From an uncultured Mycoplasma sp. (lineage in GTDB: Bacteria > Bacillota_I > Bacilli_A > RF39 > UBA660): DNA of 64,000 nt. Positions 10,157 through 19,245 of this stretch are shown here, in pieces. Made by a program: the position numbers and the translations under genes. The stretch spans positions 31,040-95,039 of the forward strand of contig CAMEXD010000002.1 of the NCBI GenBank assembly GCA_945947035.1. Direction: 5' to 3'. The stretch's first letter is position 1. Each line of letters opens with the position of its first letter. Under the pieces are notes generated by a model, which was given only the letters and a program-made list of their open reading frames with translations, was not told where the DNA came from and did no database searches.

Positions 10157-10922
10157 TTATTTTATTTCCTAATACTAAAACATATTTTAAATTATTTAAA
10201 TCTTCTATTTCCACATATAATAAATCATTATCTTTTTTTATTTTACCAACATATATTCCTTCAGGAAAAACACCATATCCTGTTGTATAAACATCGCTTT
10301 CTTCTTTAATCAAAGATATATCTTCTATTTCTAAAAATAATTTGTTATATTTATATTCTAAAATCATTCCATAATAAGTATTAACATCATCTACTATTTT
10401 TATTGAAATCTTATTATCTGATGTAATAAGTTTAACAAGTGATGTTTTATCCATTACTTCTTCTACTTTACCAATTAAACCATTACTAGATACAACTGCT
10501 GAATCTTTTAAGATACCATAGTCTTTTCCCTTGTCTATTATAATATAATTTAAAAAATAATCTTTATTTTTACTAATAACTGTAGCATTTATAAGATCAT
10601 AATTAGTGTAAATATTTTTTAAATCAAGTAGATTTTTTAAAATACTTATTTCTTCTTGTTCAATTTGGTATTTTTCTAGTTCTATTTTTAAATTTAAATT
10701 TTCTTTTAATAATTCATTATTTTCTTCAATTATTTTTTTATTTGAAGAAAAATTGTTAAAAAAATCACTAATATAAATATATGGATATGAGATATAAGTT
10801 AATATAGTAGACATATTATTTTTAAAAAGATAAAAACATAAACAGAATAAAACAACAAGACCTAGTAAAAAAAGGTAAAATCTATTTTTTGGTTTATTTT
10901 TTTTATAATTATATGCTTTCAT
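10149..10922 (-). CDS. mreC: Rod-shape protein MreC
   Basis: N-terminal TM. Coiled coil ENNELLKENLNLKIELEKYQIEQEE. Beta-rich C-terminal domain. Sits in the radC-mreC-mreD context. Confidence 0.75.
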   Translation of the reverse strand: MKAYNYKKNKPKNRFYLFLLGLVVLFCLCFYLFKNNMSTILTYISYPYIYISDFFNNFSSNKKIIEENNELLKENLNLKIELEKYQIEQEEISILKNLLDLKNIYTNYDLINATVISKNKDYFLNYIIIDKGKDYGILKDSAVVSSNGLIGKVEEVMDKTSLVKLITSDNKISIKIVDDVNTYYGMILEYKYNKLFLEIEDISLIKEESDVYTTGYGVFPEGIYVGKIKKDNDLLYVEIEDLNNLKYVLVLGNKIND

Positions 10923-11614
10923 TATATTTTTAATTTATTGTCCTCATAAAAACTATAATACCTATCATCTCCAAATATTATATGATCTATAATTGGTATT
11001 TTTTGAATATTTCCAATTTGAACTAGTGATTTAGTAAGAATAATATCATCAACACTTGGTGTTGGATCTCCTGATGGATGATTATGAATACAAACTACTC
11101 CTGATGCTGATGTAAGATAAGCTTCTTTAAATATTTCTCTTGGATGAACTAAGCTTTTATTTACTGTTCCCATAAATAACATTTTCCTTTCTATTACTTC
11201 TTTATTTGAATTTAAATAGATGCAATAAAAATACTCTTGTTTTATATCAATAAATAAATCTTTATTATCATTAAATATATCTTTAGCATTTAGATATCTT
11301 TTACTTTTCTTATAAGAATCATTTTTCACAAAAAGTCTTTTACCTAATTCTATAGCTGCTAAAAGTTCAACTGCTTTTACTATACCAATGCCTTTTTCTT
11401 TAATTAACATTTCTTTATTAATATTTTTTAAATTATTAAAACCATCTAATTTATTTATTAAATTATTTGAAATTTCTAACACATTTACATTTTTTGTTCC
11501 CGTTTTTAAAATAATTGATAGTATTTCTGAATTTGATAAAGACTCTGCTCCATATTTTAACAATCTTTCTCTTGGTCTTTCACTTTCTGCCATTTCTTTA
11601 ATCATTAGTGTCAT
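10922..11614 (-). CDS. radC: RadC-family JAB-domain protein
   Basis: ERPRERL N-terminus, HhH region, and JAMM motif HNHPSGDPTPSVDD. Confidence 0.9.
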   Translation of the reverse strand: MTLMIKEMAESERPRERLLKYGAESLSNSEILSIILKTGTKNVNVLEISNNLINKLDGFNNLKNINKEMLIKEKGIGIVKAVELLAAIELGKRLFVKNDSYKKSKRYLNAKDIFNDNKDLFIDIKQEYFYCIYLNSNKEVIERKMLFMGTVNKSLVHPREIFKEAYLTSASGVVCIHNHPSGDPTPSVDDIILTKSLVQIGNIQKIPIIDHIIFGDDRYYSFYEDNKLKI

Positions 11615-12062
11615 CTAATAAAACCATCTCCTTATAATTAGAGAAAATTATTTTTTGAACTGAAACTAAATCATCTTTTTTAGTTATTATAGATATTACC
11701 TTATCATATTCTTTTAATTGGACGATAAAGTTTTCATTATTAATATATTTTTCTCTTACATTAATATTATTAAATGAATCTTTGTAAAAATCCTTAATTT
11801 TATTAGCATTTTCTTTATTTTTTGTAATTCCAGCATAAACTTTATAACTATTACTTTCATAAACTATTAAATAATTGCTAACATCTTTTATTTTTTTTAC
11901 ATCATCATAAGAACTATATTCTCCAATTTCTATAAAATAAGTTTTTTCACCTTCATTAAAGGCATTAACTGTTGTATCTTCATAATTATTAATAATAACT
12001 CTTCCAAATAAAAAACCTACTAAAATAGAAAAAAATATTGGTATAATAACTTTAATATTCAT
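11598..12062 (-). CDS. Membrane-anchored SPOR-like domain protein
   Basis: N-terminal TM. The segment YFIEIGEYSSYDDVKKI...YKVYAGITKNKENANKI resembles a SPOR repeat. Confidence 0.45.
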   Translation of the reverse strand: MNIKVIIPIFFSILVGFLFGRVIINNYEDTTVNAFNEGEKTYFIEIGEYSSYDDVKKIKDVSNYLIVYESNSYKVYAGITKNKENANKIKDFYKDSFNNINVREKYINNENFIVQLKEYDKVISIITKKDDLVSVQKIIFSNYKEMVLLDDTND

Positions 12063-12134
12063 AGTACTTATCTCCTTTATTTATATTTTATAAAATATAA
12101 ATAAGATTTTTTGTCGAAAAAATGTTAGTAATAA

Positions 12135-12608
12135 TTAAATACTAACATTTAATAAGTTTAACTTTTCTTTTACTTTTTTAAGTTTTATTCCATAAATATA
12201 TTTACCAAATTCACTTAAAATTAAGATATCTTTTTTTATTAAATCATCTACATTAACATAAAAATTATTGTTATTATAATAGATATTTTTATATTTTTTT
12301 ATTAAAAAATAATCATCTAATTTTAAATAAACATCGCTATCATAAAAAACATTTAGTTTTAAATCGATTAAATCTGGGAAAAAATCAAAACTTTCTTTTT
12401 TTATAAATTCTATAATTAAACCAATTTTTTTATTTTCATAAATATTAACATTATACCTACCTGATATTTTATAACTATATATTTTTTTTATATTTAAAAC
12501 AAGTTCTTTTATGTATTCTTCTAAGTTTTCTTTATTAGTTATATCAAAATTTATATTTTCTTTATTTAAATAAACAACTATCTTATTGTCTTTAAAAACA
12601 TATTTCAT
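12135..12608 (-). CDS. Hypothetical protein (157 aa)
   Basis: ORF only. I recognise no motif. Confidence 0.5.
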   Translation of the reverse strand: MKYVFKDNKIVVYLNKENINFDITNKENLEEYIKELVLNIKKIYSYKISGRYNVNIYENKKIGLIIEFIKKESFDFFPDLIDLKLNVFYDSDVYLKLDDYFLIKKYKNIYYNNNNFYVNVDDLIKKDILILSEFGKYIYGIKLKKVKEKLNLLNVSI

Positions 12609-12643
12609 TAAAACCCACCTAAAATATTGTATGAAAAAAAGAC

Positions 12644-13267
12644 CTATAAGGTCTCTAAATTATCATTGTTATCTTGATTTAGTAATTCTTCAAGATGAGA
12701 TAATACTTTATCTTTTCCTTCTTTTGTTTCAGATGAAAAAGTTAAAAATAAATCTCCCATTTCAAGTTTTAAAGTATCAAGTATAAGTTTTTTACACTTT
12801 TCAACTTTACTTTTTGGTACTTTATCAAGTTTGGTTGCAATAACTGTTACTGGCAAGTTATAATATTTTAAAAATTTATACATTAAAACATCATCATTTG
12901 ATGGTTTATGTCTTAAGTCTACTATTAAAAATGTTCTTTTTAAAGTTTCTCTTTTTTCTAAGTATTCTTCAATCATAAGTCCAAATTTTCTTTGTTCTTT
13001 TTTACTTACACTTGCATAACCATATCCTGGAACATCAACAAAATAAAAGCTATTGTTGATTAAATAAAAATTTAAATTTCTTGTTTTTCCTGGAGTTGAT
13101 GATGTTCTAGCTAGTTTTTTTTGATTTGTTAAAGTATTTACAAAACTACTTTTTCCAACATTACTTCTTCCTAAAAGTAAAAATTCTTTTAATCCATCTT
13201 CGGGATATTGACTTCTTCTTACTGCACTAACAACAAGTTCAGTACTAGTTATTTTCATTATTTTCAC
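12644..13267 (-). CDS. engB: Ribosome-biogenesis GTPase EngB/YsxC
   Basis: G1 GRSNVGKSS, G3 DVPGYG, G4 TKLDK. Confidence 0.9.
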   Translation of the reverse strand: MKIMKITSTELVVSAVRRSQYPEDGLKEFLLLGRSNVGKSSFVNTLTNQKKLARTSSTPGKTRNLNFYLINNSFYFVDVPGYGYASVSKKEQRKFGLMIEEYLEKRETLKRTFLIVDLRHKPSNDDVLMYKFLKYYNLPVTVIATKLDKVPKSKVEKCKKLILDTLKLEMGDLFLTFSSETKEGKDKVLSHLEELLNQDNNDNLETL

Positions 13268-14225
13268 TTCCTTGATATTCTTTACAAACTTTATCTAAAT
13301 CTTCAATTAATGAATCAACTTCAATAAATGATTTTACTTTAGCGCCACTTGCTACTTTATGTCCCCCACCATTATATTTTTCAGCTATATGATTAATCGC
13401 AGGCCCACGGGACCTTATTGATACTCTGATATTACCATTTTTCTTATCTTCAACTGCTGATAACCAAACGATAAAATCTTCAACATTGTTAAATTCATTT
13501 ATCGCACCACCAGATGATGCACTATCTAAATGAAAGCTTTCCATAACATCACTTGTTACTTTAATATAACCCACACCATTTTTAGTTAACTTAATATTGT
13601 TTGCCATATAACCTTGTAATCTAAGTTCATTAATTGGTCTTTTATAAAGATTAAAATAAAGTTTTTCTATATCTAAATTATATTCATCAATTAAACTTGC
13701 AATAACTTTTAAAACAGATGATGAGGTATTTGAAAATAAAAATCTTCCTGTATCTGCAATTATTCCATAGAATAAATACTCTGCAACTTTTTTATTCATT
13801 TTAAGATTCGTTTCATTAATTAAATCATAAACCATTTCTGAAGCACTTGATTTTTTATCATTAATAAGTTCTAAATCACAATATTCTTCTAATTTTGGAT
13901 GATGATCAATTTTTATTTTATAAGAGAATCTATCTAAATCATCCAAATCAAGCAATCTTTTTACTGGTGTATCTAAAGTAATTAATAAACAATCAGAAAA
14001 GTCTTCATAATCTTTATCATGATCAAACTTTCCCATGTAATTAAATCTTGATGATGCAACTCCTGCTAAAAAAACAGATTTATCTGGAAAAGTTTCTTTT
14101 ATTGCTTCTTTTAGAGCAAAAGTACTTCCCATAGCATCAGGATCAGCATTGATATGTCTTGCTATTACAATGTTATCGTATTTTTTTATCAATTTATATA
14201 TTTTTTTATTCATTACTTTTTCCAT
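13245..14225 (-). CDS. nrnA: DHH-family phosphoesterase NrnA (oligoribonuclease / pAp phosphatase)
   Basis: Motifs HINADPDAMGS, KIDHHP and GGGHKVASGA. Confidence 0.85.
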   Translation of the reverse strand: MEKVMNKKIYKLIKKYDNIVIARHINADPDAMGSTFALKEAIKETFPDKSVFLAGVASSRFNYMGKFDHDKDYEDFSDCLLITLDTPVKRLLDLDDLDRFSYKIKIDHHPKLEEYCDLELINDKKSSASEMVYDLINETNLKMNKKVAEYLFYGIIADTGRFLFSNTSSSVLKVIASLIDEYNLDIEKLYFNLYKRPINELRLQGYMANNIKLTKNGVGYIKVTSDVMESFHLDSASSGGAINEFNNVEDFIVWLSAVEDKKNGNIRVSIRSRGPAINHIAEKYNGGGHKVASGAKVKSFIEVDSLIEDLDKVCKEYQGSENNENN

Positions 14226-14227
14226 TT

Positions 14228-15406
14228 CTATTTTACTAAATCATATGTATCTTTTGCTATCATTAATTCTTCATCTGTTGGAATTACCCATACTGGAATT
14301 TTAGAATCTTTTGTTGTTATGCAAACCTCTTTACCACGGCAATTATTAGCTTCGCTATCTAATTTTACTCCTAAAACTTCTAATTCTTGTAAAACTTCTG
14401 CTCTTGTTGCTATGCCATTTTCTCCAACTCCTGCGGTAAATACTATAGCATCACATCCACCAAGTTCAACATAGTATTTTGCAATATAATCAACAATTCT
14501 TCTAACATACATTTTATTAGCAAGAATACATCTTTTATTTCCTTCTTTTATTCCATTTTCAATATCACGAGCATCACTTGATACACCACTTATTCCAAGT
14601 AAACCTGATTTTTTATTTAAAATAGCATCCATTTCTTTTGGTGTAAGTCCTGCTTGTTCCATCATATAAGGTACTATAGTTGCATCAATATCACCACAAC
14701 GAGAACCCATAATAAGTCCTGCATTTGGAGTAAGTCCCATTGATGTATTAAGACATTTTCCATTTAATACTGCACTAATTGAAGCACCATTTCCAATATG
14801 ACAAGTAATAAGTTTAGTATCTTCTCTTCCTAAAATCTCATTTATTTTTAAAGTTACATATTTATGACTTGTACCATGAGCACCATATCTTCTAATTTTA
14901 TATTCACTTTCCCATTCATATGGTGTTGCATACATGTAATTATATTCTGGCATAGTTTGATGAAATGCTGTATCAAAAACAGTTGTTAAAGTAGCATCTT
15001 TAAATACTTCTTGTTCAGCACGAATACCTACAATAGCAGGTGGATTATGAAGTGGACCTAAAACACTTAATTCATCGATTTTTGAAATAACACTTTCTGT
15101 TGCTATAACACTTCTGTCAAAATAAGATCCTCCTTGAACAATACGATTTCCAATACCTTTAATATCTCTTAAACTATCAATTATTTTATTTTCTAAAAGT
15201 TCTTGTACTAAATATTGAAAAGCATCTTTATGATTTTCAAGATTAACTTCCTTTTTTATTTTTTCTCCATTCAATTTAATTGTATAAAAACTATCACTAA
15301 TTCCAATTCTTTCAAAAACTCCTGAAATTAGAACTTTTTCTTCAGGCATTTCAAATAATGTAAATTTTAAAGATGAACTACCTGCATTTACTGATAATAT
15401 TTTCAT
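14228..15406 (-). CDS. ackA: Acetate kinase
   Basis: MKILSVNAGSSSLKF N-terminus. Motifs RRYGAHGTSH and VFTAGVGEN. Confidence 0.95.
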   Translation of the reverse strand: MKILSVNAGSSSLKFTLFEMPEEKVLISGVFERIGISDSFYTIKLNGEKIKKEVNLENHKDAFQYLVQELLENKIIDSLRDIKGIGNRIVQGGSYFDRSVIATESVISKIDELSVLGPLHNPPAIVGIRAEQEVFKDATLTTVFDTAFHQTMPEYNYMYATPYEWESEYKIRRYGAHGTSHKYVTLKINEILGREDTKLITCHIGNGASISAVLNGKCLNTSMGLTPNAGLIMGSRCGDIDATIVPYMMEQAGLTPKEMDAILNKKSGLLGISGVSSDARDIENGIKEGNKRCILANKMYVRRIVDYIAKYYVELGGCDAIVFTAGVGENGIATRAEVLQELEVLGVKLDSEANNCRGKEVCITTKDSKIPVWVIPTDEELMIAKDTYDLVK

Positions 15407-15547
15407 ATATTGCCTCCTTCTTTATATACATAAATATTCTACCATAGTTTTACTTGTTTTGCTACAAATAATTGTTAATAAATAAAAATTAAAAAAAATA
15501 AAAATTAACCTTTAATTTATCTTTTTTTTATATGTTATAATAAAAAA

Positions 15548-15668
15548 GGAATACATTTGAAGTCGTTATCAAATGCTTTTCTATTAGTTTTTTACAAAAA
15601 GTATCTGAATTCAACAAATTATTTTAAAAAAATAAAGTAGAATTTAATACAACTACTTTATTTTTTTA
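15548..15668 (+). ncRNA. Predicted sRNA, copy 1 (conserved 5' hairpin with its own terminator)
   Basis: TGtTATAAT box at 15533-15541, 6 nt before GGAATAC. Hairpin CATTTGA/TCAAATG. Terminator AAAGTAG/CTACTTT plus T-run at 15634-15668. Confidence 0.45.
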
Positions 15669-15764
15669 TTATATTATAGATTATTTATTCTAAAATTAAC
15701 TTGAAATTATATTTTTTTTATGTTATTATGAATATGTCAAGGAAACCTTGAATATAATAAAAAA

Positions 15765-15853
15765 GGAATACATTTGAAGTCCTAATCAAATGCTTTTCCA
15801 TATTGTTGTAGAAGCATCTGAAATCAACATTAGTTACTTCAGATGCTTTTTTA
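15765..15853 (+). ncRNA. Predicted ~90-nt sRNA, copy 2, antisense to the 3' UTR of the 23-aa ORF
   Basis: TATAAT at 15753-15758, 6 nt before GGAATAC. The same 5' hairpin as copy 1. Ends in the stem-loop plus T-run at 15812-15852. Confidence 0.5.
15812..15852 (+). terminator. Rho-independent terminator of sRNA copy 2
   Basis: AAGCATCTGAA / TTCAGATGCTT 11-bp stem with a 15-nt loop, followed by T6. Confidence 0.75.
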
Positions 15854-15856
15854 TAT

Positions 15857-15928
15857 TCATAATAATTTTATTATTATAAAAAATAATAGTAGTATTATGA
15901 TAAATAAGATTTTTTCTCTTTGTGTCAT
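15857..15928 (-). CDS. 23-aa hydrophobic peptide MTQREKILFIIILLLFFIIIKLL (candidate type I toxin)
   Basis: AGGTGG SD 5 nt upstream of the ATG. A single TM-like segment. Convergent with sRNA copy 2. Below the ORF-track size cut-off. Confidence 0.45.
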   Translation of the reverse strand: MTQREKILFIIILLLFFIIIKLL

Positions 15929-15964
15929 AATAACCACCTGCCTTCCTTTTAAACTAAAAAGTAA

Positions 15965-15995
15965 GGAAAAGCATCTGACCTTTTCAAATGTATTC
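15965..15995 (-). repeat. Third, inverted copy of the conserved hairpin, located in the 5' leader of the 23-aa ORF
   Basis: The minus strand reads GAATACATTTGAAAAGGTCAGATGCTTTTCC. The stem is maintained by a U-A to U-G change relative to copies 1 and 2. Confidence 0.6.
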
Positions 15996-16046
15996 ATATA
16001 TATTATGCAATATTAATCAATAATTAACAAGAAAAAATTATAAAAT

Positions 16047-16466
16047 TTACATCTTTTCTAATATTTTTTCAATTGCCTTAACAGGAAGTAAGGCACAAGT
16101 TTTACGATTTGGTTGTAAATAAATATCATCGTAAACAATTAAGTCCTTTAAAACTTCTTTATCATAAGATAGTTCGTTTATCATATTTTTATAATTATCA
16201 ACGATTTCTTTTATCTCTTCTTTAGTTTTATTTAAAATAATCCTATTTATAATAGAAGTTGCACTTGTTGAAATAGCACAAGCTTCACCATCAAAATAAA
16301 CACCAACTATTTTATCATTTTCTACTTTAAAATAAATATCCAAATTATCAATACAACTTTCATTATTTGTATTAATCATAATATAACTATCATCATTTGG
16401 AACACCTTTATTAAAAGGATTATTATAATTGTCTAATATTATTTCTCTTTTTAATTCTTTATCCAT
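16047..16466 (-). CDS. sufU: SufU/IscU-type Fe-S scaffold / sulfur acceptor
   Basis: Motifs NPFNKG, GEACAISTS and RKTCALLP. It immediately follows sufS. Confidence 0.85.
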   Translation of the reverse strand: MDKELKREIILDNYNNPFNKGVPNDDSYIMINTNNESCIDNLDIYFKVENDKIVGVYFDGEACAISTSATSIINRIILNKTKEEIKEIVDNYKNMINELSYDKEVLKDLIVYDDIYLQPNRKTCALLPVKAIEKILEKM

Positions 16467-17660
16467 TTATATCACTTCTTTAAATATATTATAACTATTT
16501 TCTAACACTTTAACAAGTTCATCTATTTCTTCTTTAGTATTATAAAAATACAAACTAATACGGCAAGTATTTTTTATACCTAATTCATCTTTTAAGATTT
16601 TAGCACAATGATTTCCTGCCCTAACACAAATATTATGTTTATTTAAATATATAGCAGTATCTTGAGCAAAAATATTATCTAAATTAAATAATACTGTACC
16701 TGATATAGTATTTTTATTATATACTTTAACATTAGAAATATTAGAAAGTTTTTTTACTAAGTATTTTTTTAATTCTACTTCATGATCATGAATTTTATCC
16801 ATACCAATTTTTTCCAAATAAGATATTGCTTCACCTAAACCAACAACTCCAGCGATATTTTGAGTACCTGCTTCAAGTCTTGTTGGCAAAGTTTTAAGTT
16901 CGTAGGAACTATCTGTAAAACTACTATTCATACCTCCTCCTAAAACTAAAGGTTTAAGCTTATTTAAAAGTTCATATCTACCATATAAAATTCCAATTCC
17001 TGTTGGACCAAGCATCTTATGAGCAGAAAATGCCAAAAAATCGCAATTTAATTTTTTAACATCTGTTTTTAAATGTGGTACACTTTGGGCTCCATCTAAA
17101 ACAAAGTAAATATTATTTTCTTTACAAAACTTTCCTATTTCTACAACTGGTCTTACATCACCAATTGTATTTGTTATATGAGCAAGAGATATTACTTTGG
17201 TCTTTTTTGATACAACACTTTTTAAATTATCAAAAGTAAGCTCTAAATTTTCATTTAAAGGAATATATTTAATAACAATTCCTATTTCACTTTCAAGTTC
17301 TAACCAAGGAAGTATATTAGATGCATGTTCTGATTTTGAAAGTAATACTTCATCACCTTTTTTTAAATTATGTTTCATAAAGCCAAATACAATCATATTT
17401 AAACTTTCTGTTGTACCTTTTGTAAATACTATTTCACTAGTATTTGAAGCATTTATAAAGTTTTTAACTTGTTCTCTTACACCTTCATATTCTTTATCAA
17501 CTATTAAACTAATATCATAATCTCCCCTATGAGCATTTGATGTATAGTTACTATAATAAGATGTTGTTTTATCAATAACAGATTGTGGTTTAAAAGTTGT
17601 CGCACCATTGTCAAAATAAATAACATTATTTTTTAACATCGGGAAATCTTCTCTATTCAT
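16467..17660 (-). CDS. sufS: Cysteine desulfurase SufS (class II)
   Basis: YFDNGATT N-terminus. PLP lysine motif SAHKMLGPTGIG. Active-site RAGNHCA. Confidence 0.9.
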   Translation of the reverse strand: MNREDFPMLKNNVIYFDNGATTFKPQSVIDKTTSYYSNYTSNAHRGDYDISLIVDKEYEGVREQVKNFINASNTSEIVFTKGTTESLNMIVFGFMKHNLKKGDEVLLSKSEHASNILPWLELESEIGIVIKYIPLNENLELTFDNLKSVVSKKTKVISLAHITNTIGDVRPVVEIGKFCKENNIYFVLDGAQSVPHLKTDVKKLNCDFLAFSAHKMLGPTGIGILYGRYELLNKLKPLVLGGGMNSSFTDSSYELKTLPTRLEAGTQNIAGVVGLGEAISYLEKIGMDKIHDHEVELKKYLVKKLSNISNVKVYNKNTISGTVLFNLDNIFAQDTAIYLNKHNICVRAGNHCAKILKDELGIKNTCRISLYFYNTKEEIDELVKVLENSYNIFKEVI

Positions 17661-17663
17661 AAA

Positions 17664-18392
17664 TTACACCCCCCAAATTCTATCTAAATCATCTAAAATA
17701 AGATTAATTAATTCATCTATTTCCATATTACTAGTTAAAAATGATTTCGCAAGTAATTTTATTGCTTTATCATAACTAATTCCACGACTTTGCAAATAAA
17801 ATATTTCATTTGATTTAAAGTTACCAATATAAGCCGAATGACTTGAACTTATTTCATTGTTATCTATTATTAAATTAGGTTTTATAGAAGAATTACCATT
17901 CCTTTTTAAGATAATTTTACTATCTTGAATAGCATTTGAATTGATACTTTCTTTTTTTATATAACTATTAATTAAAAAATCAAGTTTTTTATCTGTAAAA
18001 TTAATTCCATAATTAACTACTTTACTAGTAGTATCCTTATCATTATGATATACATTTATTATATAATTATTATCATTAAGACTTATACAAGCATATTTAT
18101 ATAAAATATTTGATTTATAACTTAAATTTATATCAGTTTTAAAACTATTATCAAAAGAAAATCTATTAAGAGTTAGATTACTATTATTATCTAAATTATA
18201 AGTATTATAGCAACTACTATTAGTATAATATTCATAGATTTTAACATTGTTTTTTATATTAAAGTTATAATTACAATCGCTATCTTTATAGATAATAAAT
18301 ATGCTTTCATTTTCTAAATTAATATTAAAATCATCTATATCTAAAGGAAAATTACTACTTATTTTATTTTTTTCCACTACTATTTTATTCAT
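17664..18392 (-). CDS. sufD: Short SufB/SufD-family protein (242 aa)
   Basis: C-terminal motif SHSAYIGNF...IFYLQSRGISYDKAIKLL. It is much shorter than a typical SufD. Confidence 0.65.
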   Translation of the reverse strand: MNKIVVEKNKISSNFPLDIDDFNINLENESIFIIYKDSDCNYNFNIKNNVKIYEYYTNSSCYNTYNLDNNSNLTLNRFSFDNSFKTDINLSYKSNILYKYACISLNDNNYIINVYHNDKDTTSKVVNYGINFTDKKLDFLINSYIKKESINSNAIQDSKIILKRNGNSSIKPNLIIDNNEISSSHSAYIGNFKSNEIFYLQSRGISYDKAIKLLAKSFLTSNMEIDELINLILDDLDRIWGV

Positions 18393-18411
18393 AATTTTAC
18401 TCCTTGCTTAG

Positions 18412-19152
18412 TTATTTTGCCTCATATTCATTATAACCATACTGATCAATTTCTTTAGCTAAAGTAAAATCACCACTTTTTACTATTTTACCATCTTTTA
18501 AAACATGAACATAATCTGGTTTTATATAATCAAGAAGTCTTTGATAATGAGTTATCATTAAAACACTTACATCTTTATTTTCTTTTAAGTAATCGTTAAC
18601 ATTAGAACAAACAATTCTTAAACTATCAACATCAAGTCCAGAATCTAACTCATCTAAAATTATAAATTTAGGTTTTAACATTTTCATTTGTAAAATTTCA
18701 TTTTTATGTTTTTCTCCACCAGAAAAGTTTTCGTTAACACTTCGATGCATCATACTTTTATCAAGTGATAAATCATCATAATATTTATCTATTTCTTTTA
18801 TAAAATCATATAAAGGAACAACTTCACCTTTTATTTCATTAAGTGAAGTTCTAATAAATTCACTATTAGTTACACCTTCAATATCAATAGGATTTTGAAA
18901 TGATAAAAATATTCCAAGTTTTGCTCTTTCATCAGTTGTTAAAGAAAGAATTGATTTGTTATCACATAAAATATCACCTTTAGTAATATCATAATCACTA
19001 CTTCCTAAGATAACTTTAGAAAGAGTTGATTTACCAACACCATTAGGTCCCATTATAACATGAATAGTACCTTTTTCTATACTAAGATTAAAATCATTTA
19101 AAATATTTTTTTCACCTGCATTAACGCATAAATTTTTTATTTCTATATTCAT
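18412..19152 (-). CDS. sufC: Fe-S assembly ATPase SufC
   Basis: Walker A GPNGVGKST, signature FSGGEKHKNEI, Walker B ILDELDSGLD. I moved the start to MNIEIKNL (ATG at 19152), because the promoter at 19180-19208 lies inside the track's N-terminal extension. Confidence 0.9.
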   Translation of the reverse strand: MNIEIKNLCVNAGEKNILNDFNLSIEKGTIHVIMGPNGVGKSTLSKVILGSSDYDITKGDILCDNKSILSLTTDERAKLGIFLSFQNPIDIEGVTNSEFIRTSLNEIKGEVVPLYDFIKEIDKYYDDLSLDKSMMHRSVNENFSGGEKHKNEILQMKMLKPKFIILDELDSGLDVDSLRIVCSNVNDYLKENKDVSVLMITHYQRLLDYIKPDYVHVLKDGKIVKSGDFTLAKEIDQYGYNEYEAK

Positions 19153-19179
19153 AATAAATTCACTCTTTTCACTGCTCAT

Positions 19180-19208
19180 ATTATAACACTTTATTTTTTT
19201 AGACACAA
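19180..19208 (-). promoter_or_regulatory. Sigma-A-type promoter of the suf operon
   Basis: TTGTGT, 17-nt spacer, TGtTATAAT, read on the minus strand. Confidence 0.55.
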
Positions 19209-19245
19209 GAAAAACATGCCAAAATGACATGTTTATAAATTTTTA

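Noticed and set aside
14154-14474. Antisense ORFs within housekeeping genes (14154-14474, 17197-17520, 27321-27587, 11388-11618, 34881-35084, 41620-41856, 43360-43557, 45395-45613, 48814-49020, 54989-55198, 55805-56122, 27877-28297, 12586-12786, 42082-42264)
   Set aside because: Each lies opposite a confidently identified minus-strand gene. None has a ribosome-binding site or any recognisable motif.
15965-15995. Interpreting the three GGAATACATTTGA...TCAAATGCTTTTCC hairpins as copies of a small riboswitch aptamer
   Set aside because: Two of the three copies precede no ORF at all. One is convergent with a micro-ORF, and the element begins right at a -10 box. An sRNA/antisense arrangement explains the layout better. 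An Rfam search is still needed to exclude a known motif.
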